Positions 27,158 through 36,872 are shown, counted from the stretch's first letter. The stretch is DNA of 64,000 nt from a virus (IMGVR_UViG_3300021963_000022), one strand, 5' to 3'. Numbers and translations are program-made. The notes: generated by a model not told the origin, from the letters alone.

Positions 27158-27420
27158 TGGAGTTAATATTAGAAGAAGGTTTGATATTTGGGTCAAAATA
27201 TTATACTGCTTATCCTAGTTTTGATTGGGTATTAAATAATAAAAAGTCCAATCAATATTGGATACTAATGGAAGATTGGTGTATTGACACCTTTGGTCGC
27301 AGTGGCACCGATAATATGCCCGGAGTATATACTCCTAACGCACGATGGTATATTAACAACAGCAAGTTTTGGTTTAAAGAACAAAAAGATTTAGAATGGT
27401 TTCTACTAAAATGGCAGTGA
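27157..27420 (+). CDS. small F-x-L-x-W family protein 3 (GTG start 27157; track start 27148)
   Basis: SD GAGGTG at 27145-27150; ends FWFKEQKDLEWFLLKWQ. Confidence 0.7.
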   Translation: MELILEEGLIFGSKYYTAYPSFDWVLNNKKSNQYWILMEDWCIDTFGRSGTDNMPGVYTPNARWYINNSKFWFKEQKDLEWFLLKWQ

Positions 27421-27632
27421 TCATAAAGGTTTACAAACCATGGGCATTAGTGTTACATTTACTGATAGAGAATGTAGGACCTATGTTACATAGTAACCCT
27501 ATAATCTTTTGGCATGGTAAAGGGTGGCATATGACATTTCATCCCGAGGTTGTTACTCAAGGTGAATCATATTGTAACATTCAATTTGATAGAGAAGCAG
27601 ACGCAATATGGTTTTCATTACGATGGGTTTAG
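27411..27632 (+). CDS. small F-x-L-x-W family protein 4
   Basis: Ends IQFDREADAIWFSLRWV. Confidence 0.7.
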   Translation: MAVIIKVYKPWALVLHLLIENVGPMLHSNPIIFWHGKGWHMTFHPEVVTQGESYCNIQFDREADAIWFSLRWV

Positions 27633-28493
27633 ATGATTATGAATAAGATTGGTGTTGATATTGGTAAAACAAAAATTGAGTGTTGTGTGTTATCAACTAC
27701 AAATGAGGTATTGTTTAGAGAACGTCTTCCTACAGGTTCTGTATACGAAGAAATAGAAGTTCTTTATAATAAAGCTATACTGTATACTAATACAACAGAA
27801 CATACATTGGGAGTATGTATGCCGGGATCCATAAGCAATAGAACCGGTTTAATGATAAATTCTAGCATAGGATTTTTAAACGATACAGATTTTGTAGGTA
27901 TGTTGGAAACTAGATTAAATCGTAAGATACAAATTGCCAACGATAGTCAATGTTTTGCTTTAGCAGAATCATTGTTAGGGGTAGGCAATGGATATAATAC
28001 TGTATTCGGAATGATATTAGGTACGGGTGTGGGAGGCGGCATAGTGATTAATGGAATGCTACATAAAGGATTTCATAACATAAGTTGTGAATGGGGACAT
28101 ACAACATTAGACCCTAGTAACAATATAATGTGTCGTTGCGGTAGAATTGGATGTGTAGAAACTTGGTTAAGCGGATCAGGAATTGACACATGGGCATACA
28201 ATCTTACAAATAAAAAACTATCCACAAAAGAATATATGGAAATGACAGAGATACAAGAATGTTTTTTAAATAAGTTTGGGTTGGCAGTTTCTAATTTAGT
28301 TCAAGTATTAGACCCGGATTGTATTGTAATTGGCGGAGGAATCAGTAATAATGATATATTATTCACTCAAGGCATTGAATCTGTTAAAAAGAATATATTC
28401 AATGATGAATTCAACACACCTATATATAGAGCAAAATTAGGTGACAGTGCAGGTGTAATTGGAGCGGCATTATTATGGCAAATGACATTATGA
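27633..28493 (+). CDS. ROK-family sugar kinase (Mak/fructokinase-like)
   Basis: GVDIGKTK, ANDSQCFALAE, ILGTGVGGG, EWGH, zinc motif CRCGRIGCVE, VIGGGIS and AGVIGAA. Confidence 0.9.
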   Translation: MIMNKIGVDIGKTKIECCVLSTTNEVLFRERLPTGSVYEEIEVLYNKAILYTNTTEHTLGVCMPGSISNRTGLMINSSIGFLNDTDFVGMLETRLNRKIQIANDSQCFALAESLLGVGNGYNTVFGMILGTGVGGGIVINGMLHKGFHNISCEWGHTTLDPSNNIMCRCGRIGCVETWLSGSGIDTWAYNLTNKKLSTKEYMEMTEIQECFLNKFGLAVSNLVQVLDPDCIVIGGGISNNDILFTQGIESVKKNIFNDEFNTPIYRAKLGDSAGVIGAALLWQMTL

Positions 28494-29038
28494 TTGACAT
28501 TGAAAGTTTAGATACAACACCTAACTGTGTTATCTTAACCATCGGTGCGGTACGATTCGATCCTAAAGGTAGTGGCGTAGTTGAACGATTAGAACTACGT
28601 CCTACAGTAGAGGATCAAACAGAAATATATAACAGGAGTATCAATGAAGATACATTACGATGGTGGAGTGAGCAGAGCCCTGAAGCACTTGAAGAAGCTA
28701 TGGGAGACGGGGGACGTTTGCCATTTAGCGAGTGCATGGAGACTCTTTATAAGTTCTGTTGGAACCGTCGTGCTGTTTGGAGTAATGGTGCATCATTTGA
28801 TTGTGTAGTTATGGAGTCTGCTTGGAGACAAACATCAGACAAACCTAATCCTATCCCCTGGCCTTTCTGGACAGTTAGAGATACACGTACATTATATGAA
28901 ATTGCAGGTGTTAGTCTTAAAGACGGTGGGCATTCTACTAGTCACAAAGCAGTAGAAGATGCTGAACGTCAGGCTATTGTTGTACAAAAAGCGTATACTA
29001 AATTAATTAAAGCAGGCCTAGTTGCACCACCTAAATGA
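28475..29038 (+). CDS. DEDDh 3'-5' exonuclease (Rv2179c/DUF5051-like)
   Basis: MIDIESL, WSNGASFD, RDTRTL and HKAVEDA motifs. Confidence 0.85.
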   Translation: MANDIMIDIESLDTTPNCVILTIGAVRFDPKGSGVVERLELRPTVEDQTEIYNRSINEDTLRWWSEQSPEALEEAMGDGGRLPFSECMETLYKFCWNRRAVWSNGASFDCVVMESAWRQTSDKPNPIPWPFWTVRDTRTLYEIAGVSLKDGGHSTSHKAVEDAERQAIVVQKAYTKLIKAGLVAPPK

Positions 29039-29640
29039 AATTTAATTCAGACATTGATATTGACTTTGGTGACCGAGATAAGATATTAAGTCTTATCAAG
29101 CATACGCCTGCGGCAATGCGTAAGGTTAATCCTATTCGTAAACATGCAACAGGTGTTCACGTGACTAATATACCCTACGATGCTATCAATGATATGGCTA
29201 ACATCGATTATTCTGAGGCAGAACAACGTGGATATCTCAAATTAGATATGTTAAATGTTTATGTTTATAACTATGTTAGAAGTGAAGAACATCTAAAGTG
29301 CTTAATGTGTGAACCTGATTGGGATAAGTTAAAGGATGCAAAGTTTGTAGAAAACTTGATTCACTTAAACAATCACTACAATAGCATTAAGAAAATGAAA
29401 GAACCTATAGATAGCATCCCTAGACTAGCTATGTTCTTGTCTATCATTCGTCCTGCAAAGAAACACTTAATTGGTTTAACGTGGGCTGAAGTTGCAAAAA
29501 CTGTATGGGATAAAGGCACTGATGGGTATAGTTTTAAGAAAAGTCACGCAATTGCATATGCTCATTTAGTTGTCGTACATATGAATTTGATTGATGAATT
29601 AGGGTATCCTCTTGACCAGGGTAATACTTTTACGCTTTGA
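29035..29640 (+). CDS. dnaE: minimal C-family DNA polymerase (DnaE/PolIII-alpha) catalytic core
   Basis: SDIDIDF, KHATGV, GYLKLDML and FKKSHAIAYA in only 201 aa; no PHP, HhH or OB domains. Confidence 0.75.
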   Translation: MKFNSDIDIDFGDRDKILSLIKHTPAAMRKVNPIRKHATGVHVTNIPYDAINDMANIDYSEAEQRGYLKLDMLNVYVYNYVRSEEHLKCLMCEPDWDKLKDAKFVENLIHLNNHYNSIKKMKEPIDSIPRLAMFLSIIRPAKKHLIGLTWAEVAKTVWDKGTDGYSFKKSHAIAYAHLVVVHMNLIDELGYPLDQGNTFTL

Positions 29641-29979
29641 CTTACGTTTGCTTAGTTCTAACATGCTACATATAGGACCATGTAATATAGTCAGACTCTT
29701 ATTGTTAAATGTTCTTAGATAGGGTTTAAAGATCATCCAATCTTCTTTTAAGAACATATTAATGGGCACTAATCTATTAGATTCCCACCACCATATATCC
29801 CCTAGTTCTAAGAATTTTTCTCGTATTACTTGGTCTATAATAGATCCATAGTCGTAGATGGTAGTTACTACATCATCTCTATTTTGAACTATGCCTACAT
29901 AATCTTGGCCTGCGTATGAGCAGACCGTTATAAAGGGGTGGTTCTCGGTTAGTCGTTTGAAAAAGTCGTTATGAAGCAT
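29599..29979 (-). CDS. late hypothetical protein
   Basis: Minus-strand ATAAATA at 29998-30004; WWWESNR..PIN motif; basic tail. Confidence 0.7.
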   Translation of the reverse strand: MLHNDFFKRLTENHPFITVCSYAGQDYVGIVQNRDDVVTTIYDYGSIIDQVIREKFLELGDIWWWESNRLVPINMFLKEDWMIFKPYLRTFNNKSLTILHGPICSMLELSKRKSKRKSITLVKRIP

Positions 29980-30059
29980 TTATTTAGTTCTCGGAAGTAT
30001 TTATTCGGGCAAAAATGTCTTTATATTATTTGTCATAAATATGATAAAGGAGTCTCATT

Positions 30060-30821
30060 TTGTATTCAACAAATGTTTATTATTACACACAACGTCAAAC
30101 AGTAGTGTTGTATTCCGGCTCTAGCAATAGGAGATATGATATCGTGTATGCAAAAGATTTAACCCTAAACAAGGGCGTGGAAAACAAGATTCAGTTTCAG
30201 TTCCTAAACCAAGAACAGAAACCAGTAAATATTACCGGTAAAACTATCTCTTTTAGACTTATCAAATATGATGGTTCTATGGTATATTTTAGTAAGCAAT
30301 TAACCAATTTATTGCCATTGACTGGTATAACTCAATTAGAGCTAGATGCTACTGATATTGTAGATGTAGAACCTCAAATGTGTTTCTATTCACTAGAGGT
30401 AGTAGAGGGAACTGCACATACAGCTGCCTTTGTTAGTCCCGATGCAAATGCACGTGGTACAGTAAAAGTTATTGATAGTGTATTACCAGGATATATTAAT
30501 ACTATTCCTGTAACTATCCCAAGTCACGCACCCATAAGCAATGTAGGTGTAACATTCTACAGCAGTGTATTCAGCACATACGACAATCCATTATTCACAG
30601 ATATATTGGGTGTGCAAATGTCATTGGACAACTTTACCGGCGATGTAGTAATACAAGGATCTACTATCCCAAATGGTGATTGGTATAACATACACGAAGC
30701 AAATACATTTGCAAACGCAACCGAAAGTTTATATTTCTTATGTGAGGGATACCATCCTTACGTAAGGGCACAATATGCTAACGTAACAACTGGTGATATT
30801 ACTAGTCTGGTTGTCCGTTAA
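30060..30821 (+). CDS. virion structural protein (beta-sandwich, BppU-like N-terminus possible); TTG start
   Basis: Late box at 30035, SD AAAGGAG, LNKGVENKIQFQFLNQEQKPVNITG. Confidence 0.65.
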   Translation: MYSTNVYYYTQRQTVVLYSGSSNRRYDIVYAKDLTLNKGVENKIQFQFLNQEQKPVNITGKTISFRLIKYDGSMVYFSKQLTNLLPLTGITQLELDATDIVDVEPQMCFYSLEVVEGTAHTAAFVSPDANARGTVKVIDSVLPGYINTIPVTIPSHAPISNVGVTFYSSVFSTYDNPLFTDILGVQMSLDNFTGDVVIQGSTIPNGDWYNIHEANTFANATESLYFLCEGYHPYVRAQYANVTTGDITSLVVR

Positions 30822-30824
30822 AAA

Positions 30825-30853
30825 TTGACTTACATCTAAAAACATGCTACAAT
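30825..30853 (+). promoter_or_regulatory. sigma70-type promoter of the primase gene (leaderless)
   Basis: TTGACT, 17 nt, TG-n-TACAAT; ATG 6 nt later with no SD. Confidence 0.75.
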
Positions 30854-30859
30854 ACTAGT

Positions 30860-31834
30860 ATGTTTGATATTCTATCTCTGATACCGGGTAAACGTAAACT
30901 AACACACAGTGGTTGGTACAGCTTCAATGCGGCGTGTTGTAGTCATCGTGGTCATAAACAAGATAAACGTCATAGGGGCGGAATTAAATTCGATGGCCCT
31001 ACTAATTGGACCTATCATTGTTTTAACTGTAGCTTTAGCTGTAACTTTACATTAGGTAAAACAATTACCCCTAAAGCAAAACAACTACTAACATGGTTAG
31101 GTGTTGATACTGACCAAATACAAAAGTGGAGCTTAGAAAGTCTAGCACATAAAGACATATTAGATTTCACTCAGCCCAAACGAATAAATTTCAAAATGAA
31201 ATTCAAGGATCATCAATTGCCTGATGGTGATTTGATTGATCCTAATAATCCAGCGCACAAAGTATACATAGACTATCTAAGTAAACGCAAGATAAATTAT
31301 AATGACTACCCCTTCTTAGTAACTCCTCGTGAGTTTGGTAGAATGTCACAACGTATTGTTATCCCTTATACATATAAGAATAAAATCGTTGGTCACACTA
31401 GTAGATTCTTAGACAACAAAATCCCCAAATACATTAACGAACAACAACCCGGTTACGTATTCAATATTGATATACAGAAGAATCAATGGAGTGTGTGTAT
31501 ATTGACAGAAGGTATATTTGACGCATTAAGCATTGACGGTATCGCAGTTATGCACGATGACATTAGCAATGACCAAGCACAATTAATATCAACATTAAAT
31601 AAACAAATTATTGTAGTTCCTGACAGAGATAAGACAGGACTAAAGATGTGTGACAGAGCATTAGAATTGGGTTATCAAGTTAGCTTACCTAATTGGGAAG
31701 CTGATATCAAAGATGTTAATGATGCTGTAGTAAGATATGGGAAGTTACCAACCCTAATGAGTATACTACAGAGTGCAACAAATAGTAAAATTAAAATAGA
31801 AATGAACAGGAAGAAAATTGCTAAAGGACTATAA
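30860..31834 (+). CDS. DNA primase (zinc finger + TOPRIM)
   Basis: AACC..YHCFNC zinc finger, RIVIPY, LTEGIFDAL and VPDRDKTG TOPRIM motifs. Confidence 0.88.
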   Translation: MFDILSLIPGKRKLTHSGWYSFNAACCSHRGHKQDKRHRGGIKFDGPTNWTYHCFNCSFSCNFTLGKTITPKAKQLLTWLGVDTDQIQKWSLESLAHKDILDFTQPKRINFKMKFKDHQLPDGDLIDPNNPAHKVYIDYLSKRKINYNDYPFLVTPREFGRMSQRIVIPYTYKNKIVGHTSRFLDNKIPKYINEQQPGYVFNIDIQKNQWSVCILTEGIFDALSIDGIAVMHDDISNDQAQLISTLNKQIIVVPDRDKTGLKMCDRALELGYQVSLPNWEADIKDVNDAVVRYGKLPTLMSILQSATNSKIKIEMNRKKIAKGL

Positions 31835-33245
31835 CGTAGACGTACAAAGATTGTTTTTGCAGATGATGTTAACTAATTCGGAATTGTATACCCGAGTTAT
31901 GAACATTATGAACGCTGACAACTTTGATAAATCGATAAGACCAGTCGCTGAGTTTATGAAAGAATACAGCGAGAAGTATAGTATACTTCCGGATATATCA
32001 CAGATTAAAGCAACAACAGGAATGGACATTGCACTAATCGAAGAATTCGGAGAAAAACATACAGAATGGTTCTTAGAAGAATTTGAATCCTTTACTAAAC
32101 GACAAGAACTAGAACGTGCAATTCTTAAGTCAGCCGATATGCTTGAGAAGGGAGATTTTGGTCCTGTTGAGAAACTAATCAAAGATGCGGTACAAATCAG
32201 TTTGCAAAGAGACATGGGTACAGATTATTTCGCTGATCCTAAAAGTCGTATCAACAAATATTTTAATGCAGGTGGACAAGTTAGTACAGGTTGGCCCCAG
32301 ATGGATAGATTGTTGTATGGTGGCTTTAGTCGTGGTGAATTGAATATCTTTGCAGGTGGCTCAGGTTCAGGTAAATCATTGGTCATGATGAACATTGCAT
32401 TGAACTGGTTACAACAAGGATTAAGTGGTGTTTATGTTTCATTGGAACTTAGCGAAGAACTAACGTCATTGCGTACAGATGCAATGTTAACAAGTATGAG
32501 TACCCGAGATATTCGTAAAGATATTGAGGGCACTGAACTTAGAGTTAAGATGGTAGGTAAGAAGTCAGGACAATATCGTGTCAAAGGTTTGCCTGCACAA
32601 AGTAATGTTAATGACATTCGTTCATATTTGAAAGAAGTTCAGATTCAGACAGGAATCAAAGTTGACTTTGTAATGATTGACTATTTGGATCTCGTTATGC
32701 CTGTATCAGTCAAAGTTAATCCTAACGATCAGTTTATTAAAGACAAATATGTTTCAGAAGAATTACGTAATTTAGCAAAAGAATTAGGTATTCTTATGGT
32801 CACAGCATCTCAGTTAAATCGTAGTGCTGTTGAAGAAATTGAGTTCGATCATAGTCACATTGCAGGTGGTATCAGTAAGATTAATACAGCAGATAATGTG
32901 TTTGGTATCTTTACAAGTCGTAGTATGCGTGAGCGTGGGAAGTATCAGATTCAATGCATGAAATCACGTAGCTCAACAGGCGTAGGTCAGAAAATTGATT
33001 TAGAATATAGTATTGATACCATGCGTATCACAGATAGCGATCCTGAGGGATATGGGGATAAGCAACAATCTCATTCAAGTCCCAATGACATTATGAGTAA
33101 ATTACGGACTCAATCTACTGTAGTTGACAATAATGTTGGATTTAATAATAAAATAGAATCAGAATTAGAACCAGTTACAAATCGTGTTATGGCAGATGTT
33201 CAGGGCAGTAAATTAAAATCAATGTTGAACAATCTTAAAAAGTGA
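31818..33245 (+). CDS. dnaB: replicative DnaB/gp41-like helicase
   Basis: AGGSGSGKS, VSLELSEE, MIDYLDL, TASQLNR and KSRSSTG. Confidence 0.92.
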   Translation: MLKDYNVDVQRLFLQMMLTNSELYTRVMNIMNADNFDKSIRPVAEFMKEYSEKYSILPDISQIKATTGMDIALIEEFGEKHTEWFLEEFESFTKRQELERAILKSADMLEKGDFGPVEKLIKDAVQISLQRDMGTDYFADPKSRINKYFNAGGQVSTGWPQMDRLLYGGFSRGELNIFAGGSGSGKSLVMMNIALNWLQQGLSGVYVSLELSEELTSLRTDAMLTSMSTRDIRKDIEGTELRVKMVGKKSGQYRVKGLPAQSNVNDIRSYLKEVQIQTGIKVDFVMIDYLDLVMPVSVKVNPNDQFIKDKYVSEELRNLAKELGILMVTASQLNRSAVEEIEFDHSHIAGGISKINTADNVFGIFTSRSMRERGKYQIQCMKSRSSTGVGQKIDLEYSIDTMRITDSDPEGYGDKQQSHSSPNDIMSKLRTQSTVVDNNVGFNNKIESELEPVTNRVMADVQGSKLKSMLNNLKK

Positions 33246-33271
33246 TAAATACTCAATAGGGAATCTGCATT

Positions 33272-33520
33272 ATGCAAAAAAAGACACGTAGCCTGTTAGA
33301 AGAACTACAAGCCATTGGCGATCAAAAAGATACTAAGTACCTCATTGAGAGTCGTGCCGAGCATATTATTACCAGTGCTATCAACTTATTAGAAATGATA
33401 GGTAAGAACTATGATAATGAAAAAGCATCTATTTTAGAGAAAAAACTATTAAGTGCTATTAAATCACGTGATAAGAGCAGATTTTCTAAAAGTATAAGGA
33501 AAAATGATGAAAATCAGTGA
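33272..33520 (+). CDS. late hypothetical protein
   Basis: ATAAATA at 33245; 82 aa, helical. Confidence 0.7.
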   Translation: MQKKTRSLLEELQAIGDQKDTKYLIESRAEHIITSAINLLEMIGKNYDNEKASILEKKLLSAIKSRDKSRFSKSIRKNDENQ

Positions 33521-34574
33521 GATTAGACCAGTTGTTAAAGAAGACCTAGCCGATACAATTAAATCCGGTTTATATAAAGTAACTGGCGGTGGATTATATG
33601 GTCAGACTGGTCAACAGGCTGCACTTAAAAATAATTTCATAAAGAAATTTGCCAATCAATTAGCATTAAATGTTAAATCTTCAAAAAGTGCAGGAGTAGG
33701 TGGATTTGATTTAGATGATTATTTAAAAACATATGCCGCACAATATGGTTGGAATTTAACTCCTATAGAAATAGAGAATTTAACTAAACTTTCTACACAA
33801 GCCGGACCTAATCCAGGCGCAGGATCTTTACAAAAAGTTGCTAATTATATGTATATATTAGCAGACAAATACCGTGACTCTAGAAAAACTGGTGGTGCAC
33901 CAGAAGCTTCAGGTGGATCTACTCCGAGACGTGGTGGAGGTGGTGCACCAACTCAACCTACTGGTCCTACAACACCTAGCCCTACGACACCTACTGGTCC
34001 TACAACACCTAGCCCAACAGGACCAACGACACCTAATTCAAAAAATTCTCCTGCACTCACTTCACCGGTCGCACCTCTAAATAAACAAATAAATGCCAAA
34101 CCCGAAGCTTCAACTAGTACACCTAATCAAACTAGTGTAACTGCTGAGAAGATAATGGATGCATTGGGTCAACTATATAGGACACCAAATTCAGCTAGTG
34201 ATTTAGACAAGATTTTACGAGATGTTGCGTATCTACTAAGCAGAAAAGATGCCTCAAGATATGCTCATGTAATCAAAGATTTAACTTCAGGTATAGGTGG
34301 TTCAAGCGCAGCCGGAACTAAAGGTACACCTTATCCCGGCGATCAAGGAACACAACAAAATACTAGACCAACAAGTACTCAGTCTACTACACCCCCTAAA
34401 GATGCTGAACAATCAATGCCGGGATATAATAAAGCTGCCGATGAATTGTCACGTAAAATGAAATCTAATTTACCTAGAGATCCATCTATTTCAAAAGCAT
34501 ACCGTCCAGGTAGTAGACCACAAGATGTTAGTGATATACAACCAAAAGAGTCTAAAAAGTTTAAGAGAAGATAA
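33507..34574 (+). CDS. low-complexity Pro/Thr-rich protein, CTS-like start MKISE (ATG 33504 also possible)
   Basis: SD TAAGGA; PTGPTTPSP repeats. Confidence 0.7.
   Translation: MKISEIRPVVKEDLADTIKSGLYKVTGGGLYGQTGQQAALKNNFIKKFANQLALNVKSSKSAGVGGFDLDDYLKTYAAQYGWNLTPIEIENLTKLSTQAGPNPGAGSLQKVANYMYILADKYRDSRKTGGAPEASGGSTPRRGGGGAPTQPTGPTTPSPTTPTGPTTPSPTGPTTPNSKNSPALTSPVAPLNKQINAKPEASTSTPNQTSVTAEKIMDALGQLYRTPNSASDLDKILRDVAYLLSRKDASRYAHVIKDLTSGIGGSSAAGTKGTPYPGDQGTQQNTRPTSTQSTTPPKDAEQSMPGYNKAADELSRKMKSNLPRDPSISKAYRPGSRPQDVSDIQPKESKKFKRR
33956..34015 (+). repeat. 27-bp coding direct repeat (period 33)
   Basis: ACCTACTGGTCCTACAACACCTAGCCC at 33956 and 33989. Confidence 0.85.
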
Positions 34575-35881
34575 TGGATCTAAGTAACATTGTTGATAAA
34601 CTTTCAGCACTACTATTGACTGAGGCTGAATTAGCCAAAGCTCATTTAACGCATCCTGAAGATATTGTTATCATGCAAGGTAGTCGAGGGCTAGATACCG
34701 CATTGAAACACATGACAGCTACTATACAACAGCCAGATCAAGCTACAATCAAATGGGACGGTAGTCCTGCATTGATATTTGGATACGGTCCTGATGGTAA
34801 ATTCAGAGTCATGGACAAGCATATGTTTGACAAAGTAGATGACAGTGGTAGAAATGTATTCAGCCCTAAACAGTTTGCACAATATGATGTTAACAGAGGT
34901 GTAGACAGGGGTACTATGATACAGGATGTTACTAATCTATGGCCTGGATTACAAAAAGCAACTCCTAAAACACTAGGGTATTATTGGGGTGATGTACTGT
35001 TTGGTGCTCCGTTAGCAGACACAAATGGATTCTATATTTTTAGACCTAATCCTACAGGTATTGAGTACAAGATTCAAGCAAATAGTGATTTTGCAAAACA
35101 ACACATAACAGGTAAACGTGCTGGTATAGCTATACATCAGTTCATACCTGCTGATGCACATCAAAAAGCAATAGAAGCTACACAAGAAGCTAGACGACAG
35201 GGTAAAAAAGAAACGTACAAAGCAACTGATTTTGCACAATCACTCAATGGTAGCTTAGGACAACTTCAAGTTCCACCAAAGTCTAGTATAGCTATACTTC
35301 CTAGTAAGATGGCAATCACTCCTGAAATGAATTCCGGAGGATGGGATGATGCTATTGAACGAGTTAAGAAAATGTTAGCACCACTAGCTCCTAGCATTGA
35401 CAAGTTTGTAGCTGGAATACCCTTAGCCAACAAAACAACAAATGATGCTTTCCGTGGATTTCTTACCAGCTATATTAACTATGAAGTACGAAAGATTGCA
35501 CCTAGCTTAAGTGCTAGTCAAACACCCAAACAACGTGATGCTGTTATCAATAATGCATTAAAGATGATGGGTAAAGATTTTATGAACTATGTTCAAACAA
35601 AATTAGCTACTGCAAAGATGACAGATAACAATAAACAAATGATATTGAATCACATCCAAGCTAATCAAAAAGGTATGCTATATTTGTATAGAGTTTGGGG
35701 TGAGATATACAAGTTAAAAATGCACATATATAATGACTTAGACATTGCTGGGAAGCAAAGTCCAGTCAAGGGATACTTACAGGGTGGTGCAGAGAGCCAA
35801 GAAGGCTATGTAGCACACGGTGTCAAATATGTAGACCGTTTGGGTGGTTTTAGCGCACAGCACTTAGCTGGACGTGGCTAA
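34574..35881 (+). CDS. DUF6267-like protein with ligase-type KxDG motif
   Basis: AHLTHPED..TIKWDGSPALIFG and EGYV motifs. Confidence 0.6.
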   Translation: MDLSNIVDKLSALLLTEAELAKAHLTHPEDIVIMQGSRGLDTALKHMTATIQQPDQATIKWDGSPALIFGYGPDGKFRVMDKHMFDKVDDSGRNVFSPKQFAQYDVNRGVDRGTMIQDVTNLWPGLQKATPKTLGYYWGDVLFGAPLADTNGFYIFRPNPTGIEYKIQANSDFAKQHITGKRAGIAIHQFIPADAHQKAIEATQEARRQGKKETYKATDFAQSLNGSLGQLQVPPKSSIAILPSKMAITPEMNSGGWDDAIERVKKMLAPLAPSIDKFVAGIPLANKTTNDAFRGFLTSYINYEVRKIAPSLSASQTPKQRDAVINNALKMMGKDFMNYVQTKLATAKMTDNNKQMILNHIQANQKGMLYLYRVWGEIYKLKMHIYNDLDIAGKQSPVKGYLQGGAESQEGYVAHGVKYVDRLGGFSAQHLAGRG

Positions 35882-35966
35882 AGTTAACCCAAAACCAACA
35901 TTTTTTTGTACCTGGCATAAATAAAAGTAGAGTCTATATGACTCATACTTTTAAAGGAAAAATATC

Positions 35967-36320
35967 ATGGCATCAACAACACGTACACATGGCGACTTTA
36001 AGCCAGTAATGAATTATGACACAGCTAGCTATACAGTTGGCGCAGTTAACGCAGCTACATCGGCAGCCACAGTTCAACCACAAGGTCCTAAATTAGACTT
36101 TTTTACTATCGCTTTAGCTAATGTGGCTACTAGCGGCGCAGTATTAAAGGGAGCTATGGATGCAATTCAGCAATTAGCTACTGTATACATCTATGAAGTT
36201 ACAGACGCCTCTACTGACACTCTAGCAATTGCAGTATACCCAACAGGTGCTTGGACAACAGGTACATTGGATACTGCAACAGGCGGGACAACATCTAACG
36301 GTGCAACTTTCACAAACTAA
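35967..36320 (+). CDS. small virion structural protein (putative)
   Basis: Late box at 35917, SD AAGGA, Ala/Thr-rich, followed by a strong terminator. Confidence 0.65.
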   Translation: MASTTRTHGDFKPVMNYDTASYTVGAVNAATSAATVQPQGPKLDFFTIALANVATSGAVLKGAMDAIQQLATVYIYEVTDASTDTLAIAVYPTGAWTTGTLDTATGGTTSNGATFTN

Positions 36321-36334
36321 TCTTTAGTTTACTT

Positions 36335-36362
36335 AAAAAACCCGAGTCTCTCGGGTTTTTTT
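36335..36362 (+). terminator. intrinsic terminator (A/T tracts on both sides)
   Basis: AAAAAA-CCCGAG-tct-CTCGGG-TTTTTTT. Confidence 0.88.
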
Positions 36363-36410
36363 GTGGCTATAACTTAATATTCTAATTCACCTATTTTCAA
36401 TAAATACAGC

Positions 36411-36872
36411 ATGACTACTAAAATTAGATGCCACACATTATTTGATATTACAAATACTGGTGTATTAAATAGAAAACCACCATCTAACTTAGATGAGAAT
36501 GCTTTGAAGCGATGGAATAATGATAGAAACCGTCAATGTAATTTTGACACAGTACTGCAAGTTATATCATTGCGCTCACAACCTGAAGACATAACAGTAC
36601 CTGAAAAACAAGATATTACATTTACAGAGTTTCAGCATTTTGGATTTTTGTTTGATTCTACTGAAGATAAACCTGTACCTAAATGGGCATTTAATTTCAC
36701 TGTAAATTACTATAGTGTATTTGACGATGGGATAACAGAATTAGGAGCATTGTACACTGACTGTGATAGCGTACCAATGCTTACTAAATTGAATGAGTGG
36801 GACAAGTTACCTAATTTCTTAGATATAAGTCCTGAGCTTAAAAATATATACTTTGAGGTGTTACATGATTGA
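36411..36872 (+). CDS. late hypothetical protein
   Basis: TAAATA 4 nt before ATG. Confidence 0.7.
   Translation: MTTKIRCHTLFDITNTGVLNRKPPSNLDENALKRWNNDRNRQCNFDTVLQVISLRSQPEDITVPEKQDITFTEFQHFGFLFDSTEDKPVPKWAFNFTVNYYSVFDDGITELGALYTDCDSVPMLTKLNEWDKLPNFLDISPELKNIYFEVLHD

Noticed and set aside
5133-33245. Introns or inteins in thyA, terL, uvsX, uvsW, primase or helicase
   Set aside because: All are continuous and of normal length with no Hint or LAGLIDADG motifs; thyA has only a ~20-aa loop insertion.
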